Origin: Eledone cirrhosa
Taxonomy: Eukaryota
Direction of reading: 5' to 3'
DNA length: 64,000 nt
NCBI GenBank assembly: GCA_964016885.1
Contig: OZ024740.1
Coordinates: 14,880,001 to 14,944,000, forward strand
The stretch's first letter is position 1. The number at the start of each line of letters is the position of its first letter. The notes beneath the pieces are model-generated. The model was not told the origin of the DNA. It saw nothing but the letters and a program-made list of their open reading frames with translations, and searched no databases. Made by a program: the position numbers and the translations under genes. Positions 1-15,000 of the stretch are shown piece by piece.

Positions 1-3000
1 TATGGAAAGTCCTCAAATGAAAGGAATCAAAGCCAGAATATGGAAAGTCCTCGAATAAAAGGAATCAAAGCCAGAATATGGAAAGTCCTCGAATGAGAGG
101 AATCAAAGCCAGAATATGGAAAGTCCTCAAATGAGAGGAATCAAAGCCAGAATATGGAAAGTCCTCAAATGAGAGGAATCAAAGCCAGAATATGGAAAGT
201 CCTCAAATGAAAGGAATCAAAGCCAGAATATGGAAAGTCCTCAAATGAGAGGAATCAAAGCCAGAATATGGAAAGTCCTCAAATGAGAGGAATCAAAGCC
301 AGAATATGGAAAGTCCTCAAATGAGAGGAATCAAAGCCAGAATATGGAAATTCCTCAAATGAAAGGAATCAAAGCCAGAATATGGAAAGTCCTCAAATGA
401 AAGGAATCAAAGCCAGAATATGGAAAGTCCTCGAATGAAAGGCATCAAAGCCAGAATATGGAAAGTCCTCGAATGAAAGGAATCAAAGCCAGAATATGGA
501 AAGTCCTCAAATGAAAGGAATCAAAGCCAGAATATGGAAAGTCCTCAAATGAGAGGAATCAAAGCCAGAATATGGAAAGTCCTCAAATGAAAGGAATCAA
601 AGCCAGAATATGGAAAGTCCTCAAATGAGAGGAATCAAAGCCAGAATATGGAAAGTCCTCAAATGAAAGGAATCAAAGCCAGAATATGGAAAGTCCTCAA
701 ATGAAAGGAATCAAAGCTAGAATATTGAAAGTCCTCAAATGAAAGGAATCAAAGCCAGAATATGGAAAGTCCTCGAATGAAAGGAATCAAAGCCAGAATA
801 TGGAAAGTCCTCAAATGAAAGGAATCCAAGCCAGAATATGGAAAGTCCTCAAATGAAAGGAATCAAAGCCAGAATATGGAAAGTCCTCAAATGAGAGGAA
901 TCAAAGCCAGAATATGGAAAGTCCTCAAATGAGAGGAATCAAAGCCAGAATATGGAAAGTCCTCAAATGAAAGGAATCAAAGCCAGAATATGGAAAGTCC
1001 TCAAATGAGAGGAATCAAACCCAGAATATGGAAATTCCTCAAATGAGAGGAATCAAGGCCAGAATATGGAAATTCCTCAAATGAGAGGAATCAAAGCCAG
1101 AATATGGAAAGTCCTCAAATGAAAGGAATCAAAGCCAGAATATGGAAAGTCCTCAAATGAAAGGAATCAAAGCCAGAATATGGAAAGTCCTCAAATGAGA
1201 GGAATCAAAGCCAGAATATGGAAAGTCCTCAAATGAAAGGAATCAAAGCCAGAATATGGAAAGTCCTCAAATGAGAGGAATCAAAGCCAGGATATGGAAA
1301 GTCCTCAAATGAGAGGAATCAAAGCCAGAATATGGAAATTCCTCAAATGAGAGGAATCAAAGCCAGAATATGGAAAGTCCTCAAATGAAAGGAATCAAAG
1401 CCAGAATATGGAAAGTCCTCAAATGAAAGGAATCAAAGCCAGAATATGGAAAGTCCTCAAATGAGAGGAATCAAAGCCAGAATATGGAAAGTCCTCAAAT
1501 GAGAGGAATCAAAGCCAGAATATGGAAAGTCCTCAAATGAGAGGAATCAAAGCCAGAATATTGAAAGTCCTCAAATGAGAGGAATCAAAGCCAGAATATG
1601 GAAAGTCCTCAAATGAAAGGAATCAAAGCCAGAATATGGAAAGTCCTCAAATGAAACGAATCAAAGCCAGAATATGGAAAGTCCTCAAATGAGAGGAATC
1701 AAAGCCAGAATATGGAAAGTCCTCAAATGAAAGGAATCAAAGCCAGAATATGGAAAGTCCTCAAATGAGAGGAATCAAAGCCAGAATATGGAAATTCCTC
1801 AAATGAGAGGAATCAAAGCTAGAATATGGAAAGTCCTCGAATGAAAGGAATCAAAGCCAGAATATGGAAAGTCCTCAAATGAAAGGAATCAAAGCCAGAA
1901 TATGGAAAGTCCTCGAATGAAAGGAATCAAAGCCAGAATATGGAAAGTCCTCAAATGAAAGGAATCAAAGCCAGAATATGGAAAGTCCTCAAATGAAAGG
2001 AATCAAAGCCAGAATATGGAAAGTCCTCAAATGAAAGGAATCAAAGCCAGAATATGGAAAGTCCTCGAATGAAAGAAATCAAAGCCAGAATATGGAAAGT
2101 CCTCAAATGAAAGGAATCAAAGCCAGAATATGGAAAGTCCTCAAATGAAAGGAATCAAAGCCAGAATATGGAAAGTCCTCGAATGAAAGGAATCAAAGCC
2201 AGAATATGGAAAGTCCTCAAATGAAAGGAATCAAAGCCAGAATATGGAAAGTCCTCAAATGAAAGGAATCAAAGCCAGAATATGGAAAGTCCTCAAATGA
2301 GAGGAATAAAAGCCAGAATATGGAAAGTCCTCAAATGAAAGGAATCAAAGCCAGAATATAGGAAAGTCCTCGAAAGAAAGGAATAAAAGCCAGAATATGG
2401 AAAGTCCTCAAATGAAAGGAATCAAAGCCAGAATATGGAAAGTCCTCGAATAAAAGGAATCAAAGCCAGAATATGGAAAGTCCTCGAATGAGAGGAATCA
2501 AAGCCAGAATATGGAAAGTCCTCGAATGAAAGGAATCAAAGCCAGAATATGGAAAGTCCTCGAATGAAAGGAATCAAAGCCAGAATATGGAAAGTCCTCG
2601 AATGAAAGGAATCAAAGCCAGAATATGGAAAGTCCTCAAATGAAAGGAATCAAAGCTAGAATATGGAAAGTCCTCAAATGAGAGGAATCAAAGCCAGAAT
2701 ATGGAAAGTCCTCAAATGAAAGGAATCAAAGCCAGAATATGGAAAGTCCTCAAATGAGAGAAATCAAAGCCAGAATATGGAAAGTCCTCAAATGAGAGGA
2801 ATCAAAGCCAGAATATGGAAAGTCCTCAAATGAAAGGAATCAAAGCCAGAATATGGAAAGTCCTCAAATGAGAGGAATCAAACCCAGAATATGGAAAGTC
2901 CTCAAATGAGAGGAATCAAAGCAAGAATATGGAAAGTCCTCAAATGAAAGGAATCAAAGCCAGAATATGGAAAGTCCTCAAATGAAAGGAATCAAAGCCA

Positions 3001-6000
3001 GAATATGGAAAGTCCTCAAATGAAAGGAATCAAAGCCAGAATATGGAAAGTCCTCAAATGAAAGGAATCAAAGCCAGAATATGGAAAGTCCTCAAATGAG
3101 AGGAATCAAAGCCAGAATATGGAAAGTCCTCGAATGAAAGGAATCAAAGCCAGAATATGGAAAGTCCTCAAATGAGAGGAATCAAAGCCAGAATATGGAA
3201 AGTCCTCGAATGAAAGGAATCAAAGCCAGAATATGGAAAGTCCTCAAATGAGAGGAATCAAAGCCAGAATATGGAAAGTCCTCAAATGAGAGGAATCAAA
3301 GCCAGAATATGGAAAGTCCTCAAATGAGAGGAATCAAAGCCAGAATATGGAAAGTCCTCATATGAGAGGAATCAAAGCCAGAATATGGAAAGTCCTCAAA
3401 TGAAAGGAATCAAAGCCAGAATATGGAAAGTCCTCAAATGAAACGAATCAAAGCCAGAATATGGAAAGTCCTCAAATGAGAGGAATCAAAGCCAGAATAT
3501 GGAAAGTCCTCAAATGAGAGGAATCAAAGCCAGAATATGGAAAGTCCTCAAATCAGAGGAATCAAAGCCAGAATATGGAAATTCCTCAAATGAGAGGAAT
3601 CAAAGCTAGAATATGGAAAGTCCTCGAATGAAAGGAATCAAAGCCAGAATATGGAAAGTCCTCAAATGAAAGGAATCAAAGCCAGAATATGGAAAGTCCT
3701 CGAATGAAAGGAATCAAAGACAGAATATGGAAAGTCCTCAAATGAAAGGAATCAAAGCCAGAATATGGAAAGTCCTCAAATGAAAGGAATCAAAGCCAGA
3801 ATATGGAAAGTCCTCAAATGAAAGGAATCAAAGCCAGAATATGGAAAGTCCTCGAATGAAAGGAATCAAAGCCAGAATATGGAAAGTCCTCAAATGAAAG
3901 GAATCAAAGCCAGAATATGGAAAGTCCTCAAATGAAAGGAATCAAAGCCAGAATATGGAAAGTCCTCGAATGAAAGGAATCAAAGCCAGAATATGGAAAG
4001 TCCTCAAATGAAAGGAATCAAAGCCAGAATATGGAAAGTCCTCAAATGAAAGGAATCAAAGCCAGAATATGGAAAGTCCTCAAATGAAACGAATCAAAGC
4101 CAGAATATGGAAAGTCCTCAAATGAGAGGAATCAAAGCCAGAATATGGAAAGTCCTCAAATGAGAGGAATCAAAGCCAGAATATGGAAATTCCTCAAATG
4201 AGAGGAATCAAAGCCAGAATATGGAAAGTCCTCAAATGAAAGGAATCAAAGCCAGAATATGGAAAGTCCTCGAATGAAAGGCATCAAAGCCAGAATATGG
4301 AAAGTCCTCGAATGAAAGGAATCAAAGCCAGAATATGGAAAGTCCTCAAATGAAAGGAATCAAAGCCAGAATATGGAAAGTCCTCAAATGAGAGGAATCA
4401 AAGCCAGAATATGGAAAGTCCTCAAATGAAAGGAATCAAAGCCAGAATATGGAAAGTCCTCAAATGAGAGGAATCAAAGCCAGAATATGGAAAGTCCTCA
4501 AATGAAAGGAATCAAAGCCAGAATATGGAAAGTCCTCAAATGAAAGGAATCAAAGCTAGAATATTGAAAGTCCTCAAATGAAAGGAATCAAAGCCAGAAT
4601 ATGGAAAGTCCTCGAATGAAAGGAATCAAAGCCAGAATATGGAAAGTCCTCAAATGAAAGGAATCCAAGCCAGAATATGGAAAGTCCTCAAATGAAAGGA
4701 ATCAAAGCCAGAATATGGAAAGTCCTCAAATGAGAGGAATCAAAGCCAGAATATGGAAAGTCCTCAAATGAGAGGAATCAAAGCCAGAATATGGAAAGTC
4801 CTCAAATGAAAGGAATCAAAGCCAGAATATGGAAAGTCCTCAAATGAGAGGAATCAAACCCAGAATATGGAAATTCCTCAAATGAGAGGAATCAAGGCCA
4901 GAATATGGAAATTCCTCAAATGAGAGGAATCAAAGCCAGAATATGGAAAGTCCTCAAATGAAAGGAATCAAAGCCAGAATATGGAAAGTCCTCAAATGAA
5001 AGGAATCAAAGCCAGAATATGGAAAGTCCTCAAATGAGAGGAATCAAAGCCAGAATATGGAAAGTCCTCAAATGAAAGGAATCAAAGCCAGAATATGGAA
5101 AGTCCTCAAATGAGAGGAATCAAAGCCAGGATATGGAAAGTCCTCAAATGAGAGGAATCAAAGCCAGAATATGGAAATTCCTCAAATGAGAGGAATCAAA
5201 GCCAGAATATGGAAAGTCCTCAAATGAAAGGAATCAAAGCCAGAATATGGAAAGTCCTCAAATGAAAGGAATCAAAGCCAGAATATGGAAAGTCCTCAAA
5301 TGAGAGGAATCAAAGCCAGAATATGGAAAGTCCTCAAATGAGAGGAATCAAAGCCAGAATATGGAAAGTCCTCAAATGAGAGGAATCAAAGCCAGAATAT
5401 TGAAAGTCCTCAAATGAGAGGAATCAAAGCCAGAATATGGAAAGTCCTCAAATGAAAGGAATCAAAGCCAGAATATGGAAAGTCCTCAAATGAAACGAAT
5501 CAAAGCCAGAATATGGAAAGTCCTCAAATGAGAGGAATCAAAGCCAGAATATGGAAAGTCCTCAAATGAAAGGAATCAAAGCCAGAATATGGAAAGTCCT
5601 CAAATGAGAGGAATCAAAGCCAGAATATGGAAATTCCTCAAATGAGAGGAATCAAAGCTAGAATATGGAAAGTCCTCGAATGAAAGGAATCAAAGCCAGA
5701 ATATGGAAAGTCCTCAAATGAAAGGAATCAAAGCCAGAATATGGAAAGTCCTCGAATGAAAGGAATCAAAGCCAGAATATGGAAAGTCCTCAAATGAAAG
5801 GAATCAAAGCCAGAATATGGAAAGTCCTCAAATGAAAGGAATCAAAGCCAGAATATGGAAAGTCCTCAAATGAAAGGAATCAAAGCCAGAATATGGAAAG
5901 TCCTCGAATGAAAGAAATCAAAGCCAGAATATGGAAAGTCCTCAAATGAAAGGAATCAAAGCCAGAATATGGAAAGTCCTCAAATGAAAGGAATCAAAGC

Positions 6001-9000
6001 CAGAATATGGAAAGTCCTCGAATGAAAGGAATCAAAGCCAGAATATGGAAAGTCCTCAAATGAAAGGAATCAAAGCCAGAATATGGAAAGTCCTCAAATG
6101 AAAGGAATCAAAGCCAGAATATGGAAAGTCCTCAAATGAGAGGAATAAAAGCCAGAATATGGAAAGTCCTCAAATGAAAGGAATCAAAGCCAGAATATAG
6201 GAAAGACCTCGAAAGAAAGGAATAAAAGCCAGAATATGGAAAGTCCTCAAATGAAAGGAATCAAAGCCAGAATATGGAAAGTCCTCGAATAAAAGGAATC
6301 AAAGCCAGAATATGGAAAGTCCTCGAATGAGAGGAATCAAAGCCAGAATATGGAAAGTCCTCGAATGAAAGGAATCAAAGCCAGAATATGGAAAGTCCTC
6401 GAATGAAAGGAATCAAAGCCAGAATATGGAAAGTCCTCGAATGAAAGGAATCAAAGCCAGAATATGGAAAGTCCTCAAATGAAAGGAATCAAAGCTAGAA
6501 TATGGAAAGTCCTCAAATGAGAGGAATCAAAGCCAGAATATGGAAAGTCCTCAAATGAAAGGAATCAAAGCCAGAATATGGAAAGTCCTCAAATGAGAGA
6601 AATCAAAGCCAGAATATGGAAAGTCCTCAAATGAGAGGAATCAAAGCCAGAATATGGAAAGTCCTCAAATGAAAGGAATCAAAGCCAGAATATGGAAAGT
6701 CCTCAAATGAGAGGAATCAAACCCAGAATATGGAAAGTCCTCAAATGAGAGGAATCAAAGCAAGAATATGGAAAGTCCTCAAATGAAAGGAATCAAAGCC
6801 AGAATATGGAAAGTCCTCAAATGAAAGGAATCAAAGCCAGAATATGGAAAGTCCTCAAATGAAAGGAATCAAAGCCAGAATATGGAAAGTCCTCAAATGA
6901 AAGGAATCAAAGCCAGAATATGGAAAGTCCTCAAATGAGAGGAATCAAAGCCAGAATATGGAAAGTCCTCGAATGAAAGGAATCAAAGCCAGAATATGGA
7001 AAGTCCTCAAATGAGAGGAATCAAAGCCAGAATATGGAAAGTCCTCGAATGAAAGGAATCAAAGCCAGAATATGGAAAGTCCTCAAATGAGAGGAATCAA
7101 AGCCAGAATATGGAAAGTCCTCAAATGAGAGGAATCAAAGCCAGAATATGGAAAGTCCTCAAATGAGAGGAATCAAAGCCAGAATATGGAAAGTCCTCAT
7201 ATGAGAGGAATCAAAGCCAGAATATGGAAAGTCCTCAAATGAAAGGAATCAAAGCCAGAATATGGAAAGTCCTCAAATGAAACGAATCAAAGCCAGAATA
7301 TGGAAAGTCCTCAAATGAGAGGAATCAAAGCCAGAATATGGAAAGTCCTCAAATGAGAGGAATCAAAGCCAGAATATGGAAAGTCCTCAAATCAGAGGAA
7401 TCAAAGCCAGAATATGGAAATTCCTCAAATGAGAGGAATCAAAGCTAGAATATGGAAAGTCCTCGAATGAAAGGAATCAAAGCCAGAATATGGAAAGTCC
7501 TCAAATGAAAGGAATCAAAGCCAGAATATGGAAAGTCCTCGAATGAAAGGAATCAAAGCCAGAATATGGAAAGTCCTCAAATGAAAGGAATCAAAGCCAG
7601 AATATGGAAAGTCCTCAAATGAAAGGAATCAAAGCCAGAATATGGAAAGTCCTCAAATGAAAGGAATCAAAGCCAGAATATGGAAAGTCCTCGAATGAAA
7701 GGAATCAAAGCCAGAATATGGAAAGTCCTCAAATGAAAGGAATCAAAGCCAGAATATGGAAAGTCCTCAAATGAAAGGAATCAAAGCCAGAATATGGAAA
7801 GTCCTCGAATGAAAGGAATCAAAGCCAGAATATGGAAAGTCCTCAAATGAAAGGAATCAAAGCCAGAATATGGAAAGTCCTCAAATGAAAGGAATCAAAG
7901 CCAGAATATGGAAAGTCCTCAAATGAGAGGAATAAAAGCCAGAATATGGAAAGTCCTCAAATGAAAGGAATCAAAGCCAGAATATAGGAAAGTCCTCGAA
8001 AGAAAGGAATAAAAGCCAGAATATGGAAAGTCCTCAAATGAAAGGAATCAAAGCCAGAATATGGAAAGTCCTCGAATAAAAGGAATCAAAGCCAGAATAT
8101 GGAAAGTCCTCGAATGAGAGGAATCAAAGCCAGAATATGGAAAGTCCTCAAATGAGAGGAATCAAAGCCAGAATATGGAAAGTCCTCAAATGAGAGGAAT
8201 CAAAGCCAGAATATGGAAAGTCCTCAAATGAAAGGAATCAAAGCCAGAATATGGAAAGTCCTCAAATGAAACGAATCAAAGCCAGAATATGGAAAGTCCT
8301 CAAATGAGAGGAATCAAAGCCAGAATATGGAAAGTCCTCAAATGAGAGGAATCAAAGCCAGAATATGGAAATTCCTCAAATGAGAGGAATCAAAGCCAGA
8401 ATATGGAAAGTCCTCAAATGAAAGGAATCAAAGCCAGAATATGGAAAGTCCTCGAATGAAAGGCATCAAAGCCAGAATATGGAAAGTCCTCGAATGAAAG
8501 GAATCAAAGCCAGAATATGGAAAGTCCTCAAATGAAAGGAATCAAAGCCAGAATATGGAAAGTCCTCAAATGAGAGGAATCAAAGCCAGAATATGGAAAG
8601 TCCTCAAATGAAAGGAATCAAAGCCAGAATATGGAAAGTCCTCAAATGAGAGGAATCAAAGCCAGAATATGGAAAGTCCTCAAATGAAAGGAATCAAAGC
8701 CAGAATATGGAAAGTCCTCAAATGAAAGGAATCAAAGCTAGAATATTGAAAGTCCTCAAATGAAAGGAATCAAAGCCAGAATATGGAAAGTCCTCGAATG
8801 AAAGGAATCAAAGCCAGAATATGGAAAGTCCTCAAATGAAAGGAATCCAAGCCAGAATATGGAAAGTCCTCAAATGAAAGGAATCAAAGCCAGAATATGG
8901 AAAGTCCTCAAATGAGAGGAATCAAAGCCAGAATATGGAAAGTCCTCAAATGAGAGGAATCAAAGCCAGAATATGGAAAGTCCTCAAATGAAAGGAATCA

Positions 9001-12000
9001 AAGCCAGAATATGGAAAGTCCTCAAATGAGAGGAATCAAACCCAGAATATGGAAATTCCTCAAATGAGAGGAATCAAGGCCAGAATATGGAAATTCCTCA
9101 AATGAGAGGAATCAAAGCCAGAATATGGAAAGTCCTCAAATGAAAGGAATCAAAGCCAGAATATGGAAAGTCCTCAAATGAAAGGAATCAAAGCCAGAAT
9201 ATGGAAAGTCCTCAAATGAGAGGAATCAAAGCCAGAATATGGAAAGTCCTCAAATGAAAGGAATCAAAGCCAGAATATGGAAAGTCCTCAAATGAGAGGA
9301 ATCAAAGCCAGGATATGGAAAGTCCTCAAATGAGAGGAATCAAAGCCAGAATATGGAAATTCCTCAAATGAGAGGAATCAAAGCCAGAATATGGAAAGTC
9401 CTCAAATGAAAGGAATCAAAGCCAGAATATGGAAAGTCCTCAAATGAAAGGAATCAAAGCCAGAATATGGAAAGTCCTCAAATGAGAGGAATCAAAGCCA
9501 GAATATGGAAAGTCCTCAAATGAGAGGAATCAAAGCCAGAATATGGAAAGTCCTCAAATGAGAGGAATCAAAGCCAGAATATTGAAAGTCCTCAAATGAG
9601 AGGAATCAAAGCCAGAATATGGAAAGTCCTCAAATGAAAGGAATCAAAGCCAGAATATGGAAAGTCCTCAAATGAAACGAATCAAAGCCAGAATATGGAA
9701 AGTCCTCAAATGAGAGGAATCAAAGCCAGAATATGGAAAGTCCTCAAATGAAAGGAATCAAAGCCAGAATATGGAAAGTCCTCAAATGAGAGGAATCAAA
9801 GCCAGAATATGGAAATTCCTCAAATGAGAGGAATCAAAGCTAGAATATGGAAAGTCCTCGAATGAAAGGAATCAAAGCCAGAATATGGAAAGTCCTCAAA
9901 TGAAAGGAATCAAAGCCAGAATATGGAAAGTCCTCGAATGAAAGGAATCAAAGCCAGAATATGGAAAGTCCTCAAATGAAAGGAATCAAAGCCAGAATAT
10001 GGAAAGTCCTCAAATGAAAGGAATCAAAGCCAGAATATGGAAAGTCCTCAAATGAAAGGAATCAAAGCCAGAATATGGAAAGTCCTCGAATGAAAGAAAT
10101 CAAAGCCAGAATATGGAAAGTCCTCAAATGAAAGGAATCAAAGCCAGAATATGGAAAGTCCTCAAATGAAAGGAATCAAAGCCAGAATATGGAAAGTCCT
10201 CGAATGAAAGGAATCAAAGCCAGAATATGGAAAGTCCTCAAATGAAAGGAATCAAAGCCAGAATATGGAAAGTCCTCAAATGAAAGGAATCAAAGCCAGA
10301 ATATGGAAAGTCCTCAAATGAGAGGAATAAAAGCCAGAATATGGAAAGTCCTCAAATGAAAGGAATCAAAGCCAGAATATAGGAAAGTCCTCGAAAGAAA
10401 GGAATAAAAGCCAGAATATGGAAAGTCCTCAAATGAAAGGAATCAAAGCCAGAATATGGAAAGTCCTCGAATAAAAGGAATCAAAGCCAGAATATGGAAA
10501 GTCCTCGAATGAGAGGAATCAAAGCCAGAATATGGAAAGTCCTCGAATGAAAGGAATCAAAGCCAGAATATGGAAAGTCCTCGAATGAAAGGAATCAAAG
10601 CCAGAATATGGAAAGTCCTCGAATGAAAGGAATCAAAGCCAGAATATGGAAAGTCCTCAAATGAAAGGAATCAAAGCTAGAATATGGAAAGTCCTCAAAT
10701 GAGAGGAATCAAAGCCAGAATATGGAAAGTCCTCAAATGAAAGGAATCAAAGCCAGAATATGGAAAGTCCTCAAATGAGAGGAATCAAAGCCAGAATATG
10801 GAAAGTCCTCAAATGAGAGGAATCAAAGCCAGAATATGGAAAGTCCTCAAATGAAAGGAATCAAAGCCAGAATATGGAAAGTCCTCAAATGAGAGGAATC
10901 AAACCCAGAATATGGAAAGTCCTCAAATGAGAGGAATCAAAGCAAGAATATGGAAAGTCCTCAAATGAAAGGAATCAAAGCCAGAATATGGAAAGTCCTC
11001 AAATGAAAGGAATCAAAGCCAGAATATGGAAAGTCCTCAAATGAAAGGAATCAAAGCCAGAATATTGAAAGTCCTCAAATGAAAGGAATCAAAGCCAGAA
11101 TATGGAAAGTCCTCGAATAAAAGGAATCAAAGCCAGAATATGGAAAGTCCTCAAATGAAAGGAATCAAAGCCAGAATATGGAAAGTCCTCAAATGAAAGG
11201 AATCAAAGCCAGAATATGGAAAGTCCTCAAATGAAAGGAATCAAAGCCAGAATATGGAAAGTCCTCAAATGAAAGGAATCAAAGCCAGAATATGGAAAGT
11301 CCTCAAATGAGAGGAATCAAAGCCAGAATATGGAAAGTCCTCAAATGAGAGGAATCAAAGCCAGAATTTGGAAATTCCTCAAATGAGAGGAATCAAAGCC
11401 AGAATATGGAAAGTCCTCGAATGAAAGGAATCAAAGCCAGAATATGGAAAGTCCTCAAATGAGAGGAATCAAAGCCAGAATATGGAAAGTCCTCAAATGA
11501 AAGGAATCAAAGCCAGAATATGGAAAGTCCTCAAATGAGAGGAATCAAAGCCAGAATATGGAAAGTCCTAAAATGAAAGGAATCAAAGCCAGAATATGGA
11601 AAGTCCTCAAATGAGAGGAATCAAAGCCAGAATATGGAAAGTCCTCAAATGAGAGGAATCAAAGCCAGAATATGGAAATTCCTCAAATGAGAGGAATCAA
11701 AGCCAGAATATGGAAAGTCCTCAAATGAAAGGAATCAAAGCCAGAATATGGAAAGTCCTCAAATGAGAGGAATCAAAGCCAGGATATGGAAAGTCCTCAA
11801 ATGAGAGGAATCAAAGCCAGAATATGGAAATTCCTCAAATGAAAGGAATCAAAGCCAGAATATGGAAAGTCCTCAAATGAAAGGAATCAAAGCCAGAATA
11901 TGGAAAGTCCTCAAATGAAAGGAATCAAAGCCAGAATATGGAAAGTCCTCAAATGAGAGGAATCAAAGCCAGAATATGGAAAGTCCTCAAATGAGAGGAA

Positions 12001-15000
12001 TCAAAGCCAGAATATGGAAAGTCCTCAAATGAGAGGAATCAAAGCCAGAATATGGAAAGTCCTCAAATGAGAGGAATCAAAGCCAGAATATGGAAAGTCC
12101 TCAAATGAAAGGAATCAAAGCCAGAATATGGAAAGTCCTCAAATGAAACGAATCAAAGCCAGAATATGGAAAGTCCTCAAATGAGAGGAATCAAAGCCAG
12201 AATATGGAAAGTCCTCAAATGAGAGGAATCAAAGCCAGAATATGGAAAGTCCTCAAATGAGAGGAATCAAAGCCAGAATATGGAAATTCCTCAAATGAGA
12301 GGAATCAAAGCTAGAATATGGAAAGTCCTCGAATGAAAGGAATCAAAGCCAGAATATGGAAAGTCCTCAAATGAAAGGAATCAAAGCCAGAATATGGAAA
12401 GTCCTCGAATGAAAGGAATCAAAGCCAGAATATGGAAAGTCCTCAAATGAAAGGAATCAAAGCCAGAATATGGAAAGTCCTCAAATGAAAGGAATCAAAG
12501 CCAGAATATGGAAAGTCCTCAAATGAAAGGAATCAAAGCCAGAATATGGAAAGTCCTCGAATGAAAGGAATCAAAGCCAGAATATGGAAAGTCCTCAAAT
12601 GAAAGGAATCAAAGCCAGAATATGGAAAGTCCTCAAATGAAAGGAATCAAAGCCAGAATATGGAAAGTCCTCAAATGAGAGGAATCAAAGCCAGAATATG
12701 GAAAGTCCTAAAATGAAAGGAATCAAAGCCAGAATATGGAAAGTCCTCAAATGAGAGGAATCAAAGCCAGAATATGGAAAGTCCTCAAATGAGAGGAATC
12801 AAAGCCAGAATATGGAAATTCCACAAATGAGAGGAATCAAAGCCAGAATATGGAAAGTCCTCAAATGAAAGGAATCAAAGCCAGAATATGGAAAGTCCTC
12901 GAATGAAAGGAATCAAAGCCAGAATATGGAAAGTCCTCGAATGAAAGGAATCAAAGCCAGAATATGGAAAGTCCTCAAATGAAAGGAATCAAAGCCAGAA
13001 TATAGAAAGTCCTCAAATGAGAGGAATCAAAGCCAGAATATGGAAAGTCCTCAAATGAAAGGAATCAAAGCCAGAATATGGAAAGTCCTCAAATGAGAGG
13101 AATCAAAGCCAGAATATGGAAAGTCCTCAAATGAAAGGAATCAAAGCCAGAATATGGAAAGTCCTCAAATGAAAGGAATCAAAGCTAGAATATTGAAAGT
13201 CCTCAAATGAAAGGAATCAAAGCCAGAATATGGAAAGTCCTCGAATGAAAGGAATCAAAGCCAGAATATGGAAAGTCCTCAAATGAAAGGAATCCAAGCC
13301 AGAATATGGAAAGTCCTCAAATGAAAGGAATCAAAGCCAGAATATGGAAAGTCCTCAAATGAGAGGAATCAAAGCCAGAATATGGAAAGTCCTCAAATGA
13401 GAGGAATCAAAGCCAGAATATGGAAAGTCCTCAAATGAAAGGAATCAAAGCCAGAATATGGAAAGTCGTCAAATGAGACGAATCAAACCCAGAATATGGA
13501 AATTCCTCAAATGAGAGGAATCAAGGCCAGAATATGGAAATTCCTCAAATGAAAGGAATCAAAGCCAGAATATGGAAAGTCCTCAAATGAGAGGAATCAA
13601 AGCCAGAATATGGAAAGTCCTCAAATGAGAGGAATCAAAGCCAGAATATGGAAAGTCCTCAAATGAAAGGAATCAAAGCCAGAATATGGAAAGTCCTCAA
13701 ATGAAAGGAATCAAAGCCAAAATATGGAAAGTCCTCAAATGAGAGGAATCAAAGCCAGAATATGGAAAGTCCTCAAATGAAAGGAATCAAAGCCAGAATA
13801 TGGAAAGTCCTCAAATGAGAGGAATCAAAGCCAGAATATGGAAAGTCCTCAAATGAGAGGAATCAAAGCCAGAATATGGAAAGTCCTCAAATGAAAGGAA
13901 TCAAAGCCAGAATATGGAAAGTCCTCAAATGAAAGGAATCAAAGCCAGAATATGGAAAGTCCTCAAATGAGAGGAATCAAAGCCAGAATATGGAAAGTCC
14001 TCAAATGAGAGGAATCAAAGCCAGAATATGGAAAGTCCTAAAATGAGAGGAATCAAAGCCAGAATATGGAAAGTCCTCAAATGAGAGGAATCAAAGCCAG
14101 AATATGGAAAGTCCTCAAATGAAAGGAATCAAAGCCAGAATATGGAAAGTCCTCAAATGAAAGGAATCAAAGCCAGAATATGGAAAGTCCTCAAATGAGA
14201 GGAATCAAAGCCAGAATATGGAAAGTCCTCAAATGAGAGGAATCAAAGCCAGAATATGGAAAGTCCTCAAATGAGAGGAATCAAAGCCAGAATATGGAAA
14301 TTCCTCAAATGAGAGGAATCAAAGCTAGAATATGGAAAGTCCTCGAATGAAAGGAATCAAAGCCAGAATATGGAAAGTCCTCAAATGAAAGGAATCAAAG
14401 CCAGAATATGGAAAGTCCTCGAATGAAAGGAATCAAAGCCAGAATATAGAAAGTCCTCAAATGAAAGGAATCAAAGCCGGAATATGGAAAGTCCTCAAAT
14501 GAAAGGAATCAAAGCCAGAATATGGAAAGTCCTCGAATGAAAGGAATCAAAGCCAGAATATGGAAAGTCCTCAAATGAAAGGAATCAAAGCCAGAATGTG
14601 GAAAGTCCTCAAATGAAAGGAATCAAAGCCAGAATATGGAAAGTCCTCGAATGAAAGGAATCGAAGCCAGAATATGGAAAGTCCTCAAATGAAAGGAATC
14701 AAAGCCAGAATATGGAAAGTCCTCAAATGAAAGGAATCAAAGCCAGAATATGGAAAGTCCTCAAATGAGAGGAATAAAAGCCAGAATATGGAAAGTCCTC
14801 AAATGAAAGGAATCAAAGCCAGAATATGGAAAGTCCTCGAAAGAAAGGAATAAAAGCCAGAATATGGAAAGTCCTCAAATGAAAGGAATCAAAGCCAGAA
14901 TATGGAAAGTCCTCGAATAAAAGGAATCAAAGCCAGAATATGGAAAGTCCTCGAATGAGAGGAATCAAAGCCAGAATATGGAAAGTCCTCGAATGAAAGG